A stretch of DNA of 63,035 nt, the filler included, from Octopus bimaculoides (lineage: Eukaryota): the NCBI RefSeq assembly GCF_001194135.2. It is 6 parts of 6 records of this genome, joined end to end, with 100 filler letters (N's around TTAATTAATTAA, not from the genome) between each part and the next. Parts side by side here need not be neighbours in the genome. Positions count along the whole stretch, not along the records: positions 1 to 20,928 come from NC_068999.1; 5 more parts are not named here. One strand, written 5' to 3'. Positions 1-12,532 of the stretch are shown here, one piece after another. Position numbers and translations under genes: made by a program. The first letter of the stretch is position 1; every line of letters begins with the position of its first letter. The notes beneath the pieces are model-generated. The model was not told where the DNA came from. It ran no database searches and saw only the letters and a list, made by a program, of their open reading frames with translations.

Positions 1-355
1 TATATATATATATATATATATATATGCATATGTATGTGGATTTTCACAAACACACGCACATATATAATGTATATATGTATGTATGCATGTATGTATAGAT
101 GCACATGAATGCAAATATACATATATAGGTATATCATTGCGTGTCGTGAGCGAGTGTGTCATATCTGAGTGCGTGTTTCTACATACATACATTCATATAT
201 ACATACATATATACATATATACAGACATGTGTACATAAACACATATGTATGTTTTCATATATATATGTGTGTGTATGTGCATTATTATATATATATGTAT
301 ATGTCTGTGCGTGTGTGTGTGTGTGAGTGTATGTGTGTATGTGTTATATATATAT
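1..355. repeat. Mixed (TA)n/(TG)n/(CATA)n microsatellite abutting an assembly gap
   Basis: Direct reading; N gap follows at 356-1048. Confidence 0.9.
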
Positions 356-1048
356 NNNNNNNNNNNNNNNNNNNNNNNNNNNNNNNNNNNNNNNNNNNNN
401 NNNNNNNNNNNNNNNNNNNNNNNNNNNNNNNNNNNNNNNNNNNNNNNNNNNNNNNNNNNNNNNNNNNNNNNNNNNNNNNNNNNNNNNNNNNNNNNNNNNN
501 NNNNNNNNNNNNNNNNNNNNNNNNNNNNNNNNNNNNNNNNNNNNNNNNNNNNNNNNNNNNNNNNNNNNNNNNNNNNNNNNNNNNNNNNNNNNNNNNNNNN
601 NNNNNNNNNNNNNNNNNNNNNNNNNNNNNNNNNNNNNNNNNNNNNNNNNNNNNNNNNNNNNNNNNNNNNNNNNNNNNNNNNNNNNNNNNNNNNNNNNNNN
701 NNNNNNNNNNNNNNNNNNNNNNNNNNNNNNNNNNNNNNNNNNNNNNNNNNNNNNNNNNNNNNNNNNNNNNNNNNNNNNNNNNNNNNNNNNNNNNNNNNNN
801 NNNNNNNNNNNNNNNNNNNNNNNNNNNNNNNNNNNNNNNNNNNNNNNNNNNNNNNNNNNNNNNNNNNNNNNNNNNNNNNNNNNNNNNNNNNNNNNNNNNN
901 NNNNNNNNNNNNNNNNNNNNNNNNNNNNNNNNNNNNNNNNNNNNNNNNNNNNNNNNNNNNNNNNNNNNNNNNNNNNNNNNNNNNNNNNNNNNNNNNNNNN
1001 NNNNNNNNNNNNNNNNNNNNNNNNNNNNNNNNNNNNNNNNNNNNNNNN

Positions 1049-1310
1049 CTCCGGCAGGAGATGGTGACGAATCCTGCTGTACTCTTTCACCACAACTTTC
1101 TCTCACTCCTTCTTCCTGTTTCTGTTGTACCTGTATTTCAAAGGGCCAGGACTGTCACATTCTGTGTCACGCTGAATCTCACCAAAAACTACGTTAAGGG
1201 TACACGTGTCTGTGAAGTGCTCAGTCACTTGCACGTTAATTTCACGAGCAGGCTGTTCCGTTGATCGGATCAACTGGAATCCTCGTTGTCGTAACCGACG
1301 GAATTCCAAC
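1049..1310 (+). mobile_element. tRNA-derived SINE family B, 3' part (5' end lost in gap)
   Basis: High similarity to the full copy at 46715-47073 (ctgctgtactctttcaccacaactttctctcact...cacgttaatttcacgagcaggctgttccgttgatcg). Confidence 0.85.
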
Positions 1311-1799
1311 ATTATATATATATATATATATATATATATGCATGATGCGTATATACGATGATGTTAATGATGATGATGATGGTCGTCGTCGTCGTCGTCA
1401 TGGTCGTCGTGGTTGTGTGGGTGGGGCCCTCAAGATATGGTGAGCTAACAAAATCTTTTGGGAGCCGAATAAAATATTTTGCAGTATTTATTTCCATATT
1501 CTGCTTACGAAGTTCAAATACCACTAAGGTCTACTTTGATTCTCAGAATTTCTGGGTGATATTTTAATATGCTAGCCGACAGTAGAGGTGTCGCGGAATT
1601 TCTAGACCGTCGGATGTGTTAGTAGCTTACTATATTTGTATATGTAATACCTTGCTGTTTTTTGTCAGTAGGTCTTGCGATGATACCGACGGACTATCGG
1701 TCGATATTGCCTAACTACACCGACAGACTGTTCTCTGTGCTTTGAAGAATATCAGTTGAGAGTATAGATTTGTATACATGGGAAACCGATAGTTTTCTA

Positions 1800-2180
1800 T
1801 AAAAAGAAACTTTTCCAAAGTCTGCACCTTGTTTCGGAAACATTCTACGGGTGGATATGTAGACTGTCTGGAACGACGACAATTGACGTTACGTGTTGCT
1901 ATTTATTGCAAACGCACTCGAGAACACAACTAAAATATTTTGTTTAGTTGGGGGTCATGATAAAATTGAATAACAGAAGCACTATATAGATTTTCAGTTA
2001 ATTAGAAGGGTAATTAGACCTTACGAGTGGTCCAGTATAATGTATACACATTTAGTCTTGATAGAAATCGTATAAACTTATAAGTATTGGGAGTTGATTG
2101 TCTCCTGTAAAAAGAAACTTCACCTAGATCTGAAATTTGTTTCAGTAACATTCCATAACCAGATACATAGACTGTCTATA
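1800..2180 (+). pseudogene. Decayed remnant of a repeated-domain coding sequence (two ~70-bp homologous segments 308 bp apart)
   Basis: 1800-1870 vs 2108-2178 translate as IKRNFSKVCTLFRKHSTGGYVDCL and VKRNFT*I*NLFQ*HSITRYIDCL, with synonymous and conservative differences. Confidence 0.35.
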
Positions 2181-3281
2181 AAAGATGGCAGATGAAATTG
2201 TTGTTCAAGAGGAGACAACAACGAACTAGCAAAAAAATCACTTTACGTGCAAGAAATGGCAGGCAAATAGTCATTCTCAAATTCCTCACTAACGTTTTCA
2301 AAAATTGTTAAGATTTAAATTTATAAGATGAACTCATAGTGAATATATTCTGCAGAAAAGAAGATAAAATCGTCCGAGATTGAATGTCGGCTGAATGGGG
2401 CTTAACCAACAGATGAATATTATTTAGTTGAGCGAATGCGGTTAGAGAACATCAGTGGACACTATTCTGCACGAAAATGGCTCTACAAACCCTAAAATAT
2501 ATTAAAAATATATGTAAATACTAATAAACAATATTTTCAAATAAACCAGAAAAACACATTAATTTGCAATAAAATAGCACTGACAGCGATAATATGAAAT
2601 ACTGCGATAATATGAAATACTCTTCCTGATTCACACAGAATAAATTTTAAATAAACGCGTCATTTCCATGTATAAACAACGTAAATATGACTAAAAATAA
2701 TCTAAAAATTCAACAACGCAACTCTAACAACATTGTGTTAGATTGATGGAAGAAGTAGTCTGAGTCCAGATAAAATGCCTCGCTGTCTTCCTTCCGTTAC
2801 TAAACGTTCGAAATTTAAATCTCAACGAGTCAAAATTTTTTTTCTTTTTCTTGAGTCGTTAAAATAATTACCAATTAAGCATCTGTGTAGTTCTAAATAG
2901 TTTCAAGATACGTTTCAGGGGTATGCAGCAATTATTTTTATTGAATACACTATCAGCACCCACCTCTACAGTAGCGTCTGATGAAGAAAAAGAACCCGAC
3001 ACGTTATACTTTCCACTAACCAAAGCGATCATGCTAATATACAGTCAAAATCTTTTGGATTAATTGTTGTTGACACAGTTCCTCGCCTGCTTTCCAGGAT
3101 TACAGACTTTGACTTCTCAGTTATCGGAATCAACATGAAACTTAAATTACATCATGACCTTAATTTAATTTGTTCTGTTCTCATTTCGATATAGACATAA
3201 GCGTAAAGATCAAACAACATCGATTGGATAACAGTGCTACATTTAAGAGAACATGAATCCTATAAACAACCGGAATACGAG

Positions 3282-3344
3282 AACACGTTTAAATTCTTCA
3301 TAAACGCGTTTAAATTCTTCATCAACGCGTTTAAATTCTTCATA
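3282..3344. repeat. 21-bp tandem repeat x3 (aacgcgtttaaattcttcatN)
   Basis: Direct reading. Confidence 0.9.
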
Positions 3345-3621
3345 GATATGTGGAATATTGAGCTTATTAAAACACTTAACTCTCCAATCGATATTAATGC
3401 CAGTAAAACATAGTTCAATCATAGAATAACCATGCAAGTTTCTGTCATTGCAGTGAGAGTTTAGAGTAACAGAGATATAGATATTAAACGAGAGGGAGGT
3501 GTTCAAATGAAGTAGGAGGTGAGGACAAGAGATGAGTAAGAATGTATAACATCAGCAGAAAACGAAACTTTCATTTATAAGAATTTAAATACTGACGACA
3601 TTATTCATTTAGATATACGAT

Positions 3622-3800
3622 TGCGGTATTTCGTCTGCCGTTACTTTCTGAGTACAAATTCCGCCGAGGTTGACTTTGCCTTTCATCCTTTCGGAGTCGA
3701 TTAAATAAGTACCAGTTAATCACTGGGGTCGATGTAATCGACTTAATCCCATTGTTTGTCCCCTCTATGTTTAACCCCCTGTGGGCAATAAAGAAATAAA
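3622..3800 (+). mobile_element. SINE family C with conserved central domain (gccgaggtYgactttgcctttcatcctttcggRgtcgat...aagtacc)
   Basis: Similar copies at 24790-24990, 45085-45300, 53715-53795, head only at 43245-43277; followed by a (TTA)n tract. Confidence 0.75.
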
Positions 3801-3841
<41 letters not shown>

Positions 3842-3843
<2 letters not shown>

Positions 3844-3982
3844 TTATGTTTGACTTTTGTTTTGCATTTGTACAAATTGGATCCAAGTCTCACCCAGAAA
3901 CCTCAAGAGCAAGAGACAACAAGTTAGAAGTTCATGTAGGTGTTATGCCTAGGGTACCTTATGTTATGCCTAGGGTACCTTA
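3842..3982 (-). mobile_element. Probable 3'UTR fragment of an R4/Dong-type non-LTR element, with a 21-bp tandem duplication (3941-3982) at its 5' junction
   Basis: Flanked on both sides by (TTA)n like the other Dong fragments; family assignment from recall only. Confidence 0.35.
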
Positions 3983-4024
3983 TTATTATTATTATTATTA
4001 TTTTCATTATTATTATTATCAACA

Positions 4025-4104
<80 letters not shown>

Positions 4105-4106
<2 letters not shown>

Positions 4107-5030
4107 GCAACTGCATGCTAATTTACTTAGCAGATATTTTAACTCGAGATTTGGTGACAAGTCTCCTAAAATCTCGAGAACCTTTTTTAGGATTCTTGCA
4201 AAATATAGGATGGTACATTTCTGCAGGTCGACAGTGCGAGTTCCAATTCCAGTCTCTTTCAGTCTTTTAGGCAGCATTTTGGGTGTTGTGCCAACTGCAC
4301 CAATTACAACAGAAACTATTGTTGTCTTGGTCTTCCACAGTTCTCTGGCTATATCTTGATATTTCGCAATTTTTTCGATTTCTTTGATAATGACTCAACT
4401 ATCATCGGAAATTGCAAAATCTGTGATCTTTCACTGTTTGTTTATTTTGTTCTCTATGACCATGTCCGGTCTTCATGCTTCAATAGTATGGTCAGTCTTT
4501 ATGCGAAAATCCCACAAGTTCTTGTAATTCTCACTTTCTATCACGACCTCCAGTTCGTGTTAATTCTACTTTTCTATTGTTTTGAAGATACACACTTGGC
4601 TAACATCTCAATGCACTCTTTTAGCTTTACAGTAATGTCTGCGCTTGTATTCCTTTTGTGCAATTATTCTGTACTCACTGAAAATGTGATTGATACTCTC
4701 GTCTCCTTTCCTGCAGATCCTACATTTGCTGTCTGACTGAGTTTAGTCGATCTTTACTTTATCAAGTTTGCTCTAAGGGCTTGTTCCCGAGCGGCTATAA
4801 TTAGTGTTTCTGATTCTCGTTTCAGGTTCTCATCTAAGAACCAGAGCTAGTGGTCTTTATTTCTGTCGTTCTCGGTTTGTTACAAGAATTAGCCATGTAG
4901 TTTCATTTCTTTTCATTTGTTTATTCTGTTGTTTGTATCTTTTTTTTCTCTTTGAATTCTCCTGCTGTTTTGGTCGCCTTTTGGATATCTCTGGCTGCCG
5001 ATACTATTCTTTCTTTCTCTAATCTCATGA
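4105..5030 (-). mobile_element. R4/Dong non-LTR retrotransposon 3' fragment (CCHC finger plus restriction-like endonuclease), degraded
   Basis: Minus-strand translation: LKRESETLIIAAREQAL, SKCRICRKGDESINHIF, LWDFRIKTD..RPD, KEIEKIAKYQD..VVIGAVG..ARILKKVLE; 3' end runs into (TAA)n. Confidence 0.85.
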
Positions 5031-5223
5031 ATGCACTTGTGATGATTTTTATTGAGCATTACACACATAACGAGAGCTGCGTGGGTGAGGTGTCACAACC
5101 ACCACTGTTTTTTTTATCAAGACACTATCTCTAAGGCTTTCCCAGCCAAGGCTAAAGGGACCCTCTTCCCTCTTTGTAGATTTATCCCTATGTTCGCGGA
5201 ATGTTCATCGTTATTATTATTAT

Positions 5224-5770
5224 TGAGTGAGAGAGCAATACATGCCATCAAGGTGACACTGGAGTAAACTATACGAAGCCTACTTTGCCCATCATGAATA
5301 CCCGTCTCATAAGGCTACATCAGGCATATGCGTCACAACCAAATGTGCGTGGCATGGTGATCTCATATCAGGATAAACAGCGCATGACATTACAAGCGGG
5401 GCCCAGTTAGAATTTCCTTCAGACCGAGTAGCCCATCCGCTCAAAGGTGCTTGAATGAAGGTTGTTTAAGGATGTTGAACGAAACACCCATGTTTCCAGA
5501 GGTGAACTATTCAAACCTCCAAAGAATTCCTCTCAGTACATGGCTATAATGCTCCCCACTACTTCTACTCATGATCAGAAACGCACATATTGTCAGCCAC
5601 CAAGGGACATGGTCAACTGGTTAAAGTCAAACAACTAACAAGCAAATCTGTGGTATTGAACAGAATATTTGCAGTAACCCATTTTCTATATTAAGACAAA
5701 ACATGTATCATAGCACTTCCAATCAGTTAAGATCAAAAGCCATGAGAGTCAGTGCCTGGTATTGCATCAT
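5224..5770 (-). mobile_element. Non-coding interspersed repeat (~550 bp) with a short (TAA)n tail
   Basis: Diverged second copy at 59345-59705 shares catggtg..tcatatca.gataa.cagc and cacttccaatca.ttaa.atca. Confidence 0.6.
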
Positions 5771-5973
5771 GGAAATTATTATTATTATTATTGTTGTTGT
5801 TGTTTTGTTGTTGTTTTTGTTGTTGTTATTGTTGCTGTTGTTGTTATTGCTGCTGTTGCTGCTGCTGCTGTTGTTGTTGTTATTTTCTACTTATCATAGG
5901 TTTTGATGGAGCTCCTGGAGACGTGCATGCGTAGCGGTCTTGCTACTTGCAGCCTACGATACCATGCTATTCG

Positions 5974-6029
<56 letters not shown>

Positions 6030-6425
6030 AGCTGTCTTATGTGAATACTAATACAGAAAAGTTATTTGGATGGCTGTTGATTCCTTGGACTTCATATGCC
6101 CTTAAACAGGTCTTGTCATTCCTCCTGCAGGCTGACCAAATAGCAAAAAAAGGACACTCTCCTCACAGTGCTCTGAGGGGTTGCCGCTTTAGTCGCAGAC
6201 GGCCCCATCCTTTGTGGTTCAAATTCACATTAATTATGGTGGCAGTGAAAGGGGGATTGTCATATATCTGCGTAGATAAGATACTCGGACACTTATAACG
6301 GGAAATAGACGGGGTAAAGAATGAAAGAAGAAACAAGAAAAATGGAAGATAAAATGAGAACATGTGTGCTTCGATATGTGAGAGTATGTAATGAATGAAG
6401 GTGGAGATGTAAAGGAGGTGGGGGG

Positions 6426-6802
6426 GTCTTCAAGGCTGTAGTTTCTGGCTCGGAATTTTTGGAACCACCGTTGACACTGGCTTACACTTATTGTCCGATC
6501 CCCGTACACTGCATTAATATTCCTCGCACTTTTCGTTGCGTTGTTGCCTTTATTGAACTCATAAAGCAAAATATGCTGAATATGCTTCTTTGTCACTTCC
6601 CTTATCGCTTTCAAAAAATAACTCTTAAAAATAACTGTTAAAATCGCACTGCACTCTTCAAAACTTGCACTAAGAATAAATACAAACTAAAATTACTGCC
6701 TGCTTTTATAGCAAGTTGATGCAGGTAGTTTATCCCGTTTCCCTCCGACTTTTAGTTCATACAATTGATAAAAAAAACGCTTTATTTATGGAATGACCCA
6801 AT
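6426..6802 (-). mobile_element. mariner transposon 5' fragment (TIR plus transposase HTH)
   Basis: KHIQHILLYEFNKGNNATKSARNINAVYGDRTISVSQCQRWFQKFRARNYSLED; TIR ttgggtcattccataaataaagcg next to TA, matching the TIR at 26895. Confidence 0.9.
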
Positions 6803-6879
6803 ATATATACATGTGTGTGTGTGTGTGTGTAGTTTAGGAGAATCAGTAAGTTGTCATAATCGAGGTCTCATTCTTTTCT

Positions 6880-6886
6880 TGTCATC

Positions 6887-6944
<58 letters not shown>

Positions 6945-6945
6945 G

Positions 6946-6987
<42 letters not shown>

Positions 6988-7077
6988 CATAGATATATAC
7001 ACACGCATACATATACATGCATATACACGGGTAAAGAATGTAAATTGTTTAGCTGGTCAGTGACGAAGAACGTTGCT

Positions 7078-7130
<53 letters not shown>
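6880..7130. repeat. Microsatellite cluster (TTA)n, (GATA)n, (GTA)n
   Basis: Direct reading. Confidence 0.9.
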
Positions 7131-7131
<1 letters not shown>

Positions 7132-7939
7132 AGAGGAGGAGGGGTAGTACTGGTTAGAGTAACCTTGTCATTATTTTTGTCATTAATTTCGTTGTTTAAT
7201 TTGATTTGATTTATTTAGCATCCTTTATATAACTTTCATCAGTGTTTGTTTTTTTTTTAAATAAAATATTACAATTTACAATCGAGAAAATTGTCGAATT
7301 ATATTTCAGTAAAAGTATTAAGAACGGAGGGAAATTATTAAAACTGTAAAACGTTAAACATTTTAACTGATATGCCTTAATGTAAACGAACACATTACAA
7401 GAAGAAATTTACTTTGATCCTTTTGTGAAACCTGATAATCACGAGTGCTGGAAATTATACAAGTGTACATTTTCAAGTATTATTTTTCCTATTAAAGAGA
7501 GAAAAAAAACACAAAACAGATTTTAATAAAACCACGCTAATTTCTCAGTATTCTGTTTTGTTTTGATTCAAAATGGCTTCCATTCTCTTCAAAAACACCT
7601 TGTACAACATTTGTTAGAAATTATATCATGCAAACACATGCATAATATTACTAGAAAATGCCTGTATAAACAGATCTAACTTGAAGCATATATGTACACA
7701 AAGATGATTTTTTCGTTTCTGGAGGAGGATCGAATGCCTGTTGAATGAGAAACCAGCGTTGTTGTTATTACTTTTATGGTACTCACCATCATCATCATCA
7801 TCTTCTTCTTCATCATCCTCATCATCATCATCATCATTATCATCGTCATCTTCATTATTAAAATTATTATGTTTTCTTTACTTAGCTTCTAACGCTGAAG
7901 AGGTATTACTGTGTCAGCTGTTCACTACCAGTGAACTTA

Positions 7940-10650
7940 GGTGACAACCCTTACTTTTCGACAAGTTCCAAGGAAGTGTTCGACCCGTGTAGCAACCCCT
8001 ATTCGTTCACTGTACATCTTTACTTACTGTTCCTAAGATCTTTAATGTTCCTAAGGCTCCGACAATTGCTGATATTACCAGCACCTTTTTCAGCAACCTC
8101 AACTATTTAATCTTCCTAGCTAACCCGTCATATCTACCAACACTTTATCCTTCTTTAACGCATACCTTATTGTCAGTTTGACATGCTATATCTATCATCC
8201 AGCACTGTTTGCTTTCTAAGTTATCACTATATCTGGTTTCCTATTCTTTATCTCATCATTCTTTTATCTCACCTTACTGAATCATGAAGTCTCACAAGAC
8301 TATTGCACTTGATATCTATTTTCGTTGAACTTTTCAGTTGATATCAGGATCTAGCAGGCTTTAATATCTATGAAGTGGATTCCTTCTACAGGCCGACCAA
8401 GAATCCTAAGCGTTGACGTCATCACTGATATTACAAGTGCATTGTGAGATATTGTCTAGTTGTAAGAGAATTCAGTCTTCCGTATTTTTCTAATTCTGAT
8501 GTAATATTCTCGGGTTAATCTATCTTTGTTCGCAGCACCTTCGTATTCAATGCTTAGGTATTTGTAGCATTCTTTGTGTGCAACAACAGAGATATAGAGA
8601 CTGTCGATACACAGGCATGGGGTTTCGGGGACTGATTTTCCAGTTTCAACAATCAAATACAAACACTTCTTTTTGCCAAATTCCATTCTTCTGTCGGCTG
8701 AAAATGTGAACTTAGCTAGGTTTGTTGTTTTCTTTTCTTTTTGCCTTGTTTTTTTTTCCCCTTGCATTGGCAACTATTTTAGCAGAGATCTTCAAATAAT
8801 CCGCAAGACAAATATAGGTTACTACATTACACCTCTACCAGTTGCAGGTACATCAGAAAGTAGCTGTTGGATTTTTATAACAAAACTGATAACGAATTTA
8901 AAGCCAAAATATACAAAATTACAAAAATATTTATAACATTGGAAATGATCCTTTCATTTTTAATTGTAAGCTGAGGATTGTTGTTCAGGTCTTTCTAAGG
9001 TACTCAATGGCAGCAACTAAGGTAGCAGTTATTTGTGCTAAGTACAGATACTTCAACAACTATGAGTGGGGAATAGAGCCGAATGCTTTCTTATAATCAT
9101 GCTATACAATCGCCAAGTTTATAAGGTACATCTCCGTACTCCTGCCTTTCTAGTTACCTCTTTATCTGTCACTATGTTGTTGGACTCTCAATGATCCCGG
9201 AGGAATTGGTTGAAACAGTTTATATACAGCTTGTACATAATGTTTAGACAAACAATGGTCCTAGAGTTTTCTGTAAACTCGATAGTTTAATTCTTGGCTA
9301 CATGATTTGTTCATGCAAGCCAATTTGGTACATCAATGTTGCCTTCCATAGTTCTTTTGAATATACATATTAATGACTTTCTGAAGAAATCAACCTCTTG
9401 TAGCAGTTTTCAGCTATTAATGGGATGGCACCCTTCCATGTACCTTACCATTATGTAGTTTGCCTACGTTTATGATGAAAGTTTCAGACTCGTCTCGTTT
9501 GTGTATGTTTTACTGTCGATGTCTGTACAGTATTCTTTCCTACCTGTGTTTAACCACGATACATTCTGGTTGAAATATCTATTCGTTCCAGGTCTTAGAC
9601 CAGAACGATTGAAGATGATTTTGAGAAGGAGTTTTCTTAACGGCAATAGCTTTCTTCCTCTTTTGGTATAATACCTGCGGACAGGATGGAAACTTGTGAT
9701 TTATATTGTCTCGCTCGGATATTTTCACAGGATAAAGGAGTTTTTCGTTCAGTATTTTGAGTTCCTGTTTTAAAATGAATAACTTTCCGAGAACTTCTAG
9801 TGAGGTAGAGTTTTCTTTCTTTTTTTTTTTTTTTTTGCAGATGTAACTAGTGAGATGGGAAGTCATTATTGTCTTTGAACATTGTTACCGTCGTTAAACT
9901 TCTAATATGGTAGGGTCGAACATTGTTGTTGATGTTTTCTTCAAGCATTCTTTTCCATCCCGATCGCTTCTGCTTAGTAATTTCATTAGCACGTGTACTG
10001 CAGACTTCTTCCTGAGTTTTCTTTACGTATAATAGCAGTTGTGACAAGGAAGGTATTAATTTCCAGCACTCCTCAGCAAAATTGTCGGCAAAACTGGAGA
10101 TGAGAACGGTTAGCTGTTTCTTTAATCTTGTTACGAATGGTCTGTCACTCTACGACAGCTCAGGAAAGCTGGAAAATTTTTTTACAAACTGTGGTTTCAA
10201 AATGTTCTTAATTTGAATATACTTGAGTTGTTTCTGCCGAATCAGTTCTATGTGAAGATATATATGAGAGCTTCGAGATGGCCGCAGTTATTTGTTAACA
10301 TTATTTTTCGATCTCTCTTATTGGAGATTTTGGCCAGTTCTCTGTATGTTAAGAAGGTCAACTAATATCACAAGAGTTGGAATATCAATTACTATCTGTA
10401 CTGACCATCATTTGCAGGAAAAGATAATTTTTGTTTCTGAAGTCGTTTCACCGTACATTACTAAATTTTAGGATAGCTTCTTACCAGTAATTTTTTAACC
10501 GCTTCACGGAGCCGATACAAGGGTCAACTTGGGCTTTCTCATAGCACCCAAATAGATCTTGATTTAAATATAAAGACCAACTGAAGCAAGAAGAATACTT
10601 CTATCGTCTTAAATATCTTACAGATATTGTAGAATTACCGTGTTGGTGTC
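7940..10650 (-). mobile_element. R4/Dong non-LTR retrotransposon, degraded and internally deleted (RT plus endonuclease remnants)
   Basis: Minus strand: RTIVCLNIMYKL, DYKKAFGSIPHS, MEFGKKKC..YKYL..EYYIRIRKI..EF, then KPDIVI, MIDIAC, IVGALG. Confidence 0.8.
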
Positions 10651-11017
10651 AGTATTGGTGTTGTGATTATCAACATCAGTAGCGCTCGTCTCAAGAAAAT
10701 GTTTACGTGGAGTAATGTGTATTTTATAATCTGGTCAGAAGAACGCTACGTTGGCAAGTAAAAGGTGTTCGTCTTTTTATAACAGAAGAGAAAACAAGCA
10801 GTAACTGATTTATGCTGGAGGAGTCACCTTAATCGTAGGTGAAAACGTTCAAAACAGCATTTTTAAACGGTCCTGTATCCCTGTACATCTTATGCTGACG
10901 ATACTGTGATAAGGTTATGTATATATGTATGCATATATATTTATGTATGTATGTATTAATGCATGTACGTATGTGTGTGTGAGAGAGTGTGTGCGTATGT
11001 TTGTGAGGTGTGTGTAC

Positions 11018-11060
<43 letters not shown>

Positions 11061-11386
11061 TAAATGGAGGGAGGGAACAAGGGAGGGAGGAAGCAAGGGA
11101 GGTAGGTAAATATAAACATAGCTAGAGGTATCATAAATAGAGGAAATTGAGAAATGGACAGGAAATTGGGTAGCAGACACTATAATAATGTCTATAAACA
11201 AAAAGAATCAAAGAAGTTGATAGAAAAATAATAAATGAATAAAATATTATAAATACAATATAATAAACAAAATAATTAGTTTTGCTCGATATTCTAAATT
11301 GTTGTGATAAAAAATATCATTACATATCTAGATTATGATTGCGAAATGTCATTAATACAAACATAAGTATATAAAAATGATATATA

Positions 11387-11450
11387 TGTGGTCTGATCAA
11401 TAAGTATCCGGCCTGTTGCCATAGTAACGAATCTAAAGCATACAGAATAC
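11387..11450 (+). mobile_element. Possible mariner/Tc1-type terminal inverted repeat stub
   Basis: tatgtggtctgatcaataagtatccgg follows a TA run; resemblance to mariner ends from recall. Confidence 0.3.
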
Positions 11451-11454
11451 GGAT

Positions 11455-12532
11455 TCCTTCCAAGTTACGTCACGGACCGTGGTCCTGCTCCAAAACAAGC
11501 TGAAGACCAGTCTGAAGTGCAGCCAGACGACCATCCTGATGTGCAACCTGGCATGCACCTAGATAACTAGCCTAACTTGCAGCCAGACGACCAGTCAGGC
11601 GTTCAACCAGGCGACTAAGTCAATGAACGGCAAGACGGTCGGACAGACCAACCTACACCAGGCACAAGTTTTCCTGCTGATGTTGTTACAAGCCCAGAGA
11701 TGTTGCGCCCATTGCGGAAGGCTTCCCCCAGGAAGACAGGACGGGGTCGTGGAAGTCGCAAGGGGTGCTAAACAACCATTCTAACCTTAACCCCCGTAAA
11801 ACAGCGCATAGTGGTTGAAATAGACGAACGGAAATCCAAACCAAAGAAGGCAACTGGTACAGAAAAGGCAACAAAGGGGAAGGGAAAGTCAAGTAAAACA
11901 GTTAAAGGCAAAGGGAAGCAGCCTCGCAGCAAGCGAGTCGCCGATTGGAAATGCCTTTTCTACTCAGATTGGTATTCCAACTCCCTTCCAGGTGAAGAAT
12001 GGGCGCAATGCATTATCTGTAAAGACTGAGCACACACTAACTGTACCGATGGATGACAGGACTTTCTGTGTGTTCCCTGTCGTGAGAAGTTAATGGAGGA
12101 CGATTCCGACTAGATGGCACATAATGAGGACTCTCAGTATCACTGTTAGGATATGAGGTGGTTCAAAGCACAGTTAATTAATTAAAATAATACTCCCTAG
12201 ATGCAAGAAGCAGGAGACGTATTCATTTTAAACTTGTTTGTTAACATAATCCCGATTTATCGACAGTTATAACAAAGTACCCCAGTAAGTGTCACAACGT
12301 ACCAAGCACTCGGGGTAATTGTTACAGCTGACACCACCTCATTAATTAGAACCTGTCTAATTAATATTATATAATTTCTGTTTTTTTTTTGGGGGGGGTG
12401 CTGGTGATAACAATAAATAGAGATGTTTTATTAATGAAATCTGAAAAGAAATTTCAGCTGTGTTCATTTATGTGGGTTCCAAAGGCAAAAAAAAAATGAA
12501 AAAATGTACCAACTAGACCCGGTCTCCCCTAC
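11455..12532 (+). mobile_element. pogo-like DNA transposon 3' part: transposase C-terminus with PHD-like finger, and 3' TIR
   Basis: FLPSYVTDR, SPEMLRPLRKASPRKTGRGR..TILTLTPVK, WKCLF..GEEWAQCIICKD*AHTNC..FLCVPC; TIR ..accaactagacccggtctcccctac. Confidence 0.75.

Noticed and set aside
169-1264. Long ORFs spanning N gaps (also 15.9-17.0, 40.7-41.6, 43.2-44.1, 49.1-49.8, 51.0-53.6 and 55.6-56.6 kb)
   Set aside because: Open only because N codons contain no stops.
2978-3005. CTGATGA..GACACGTT hammerhead-like string
   Set aside because: GAAA is broken and neither stem I nor stem II pairs; at best an unprovable relic.
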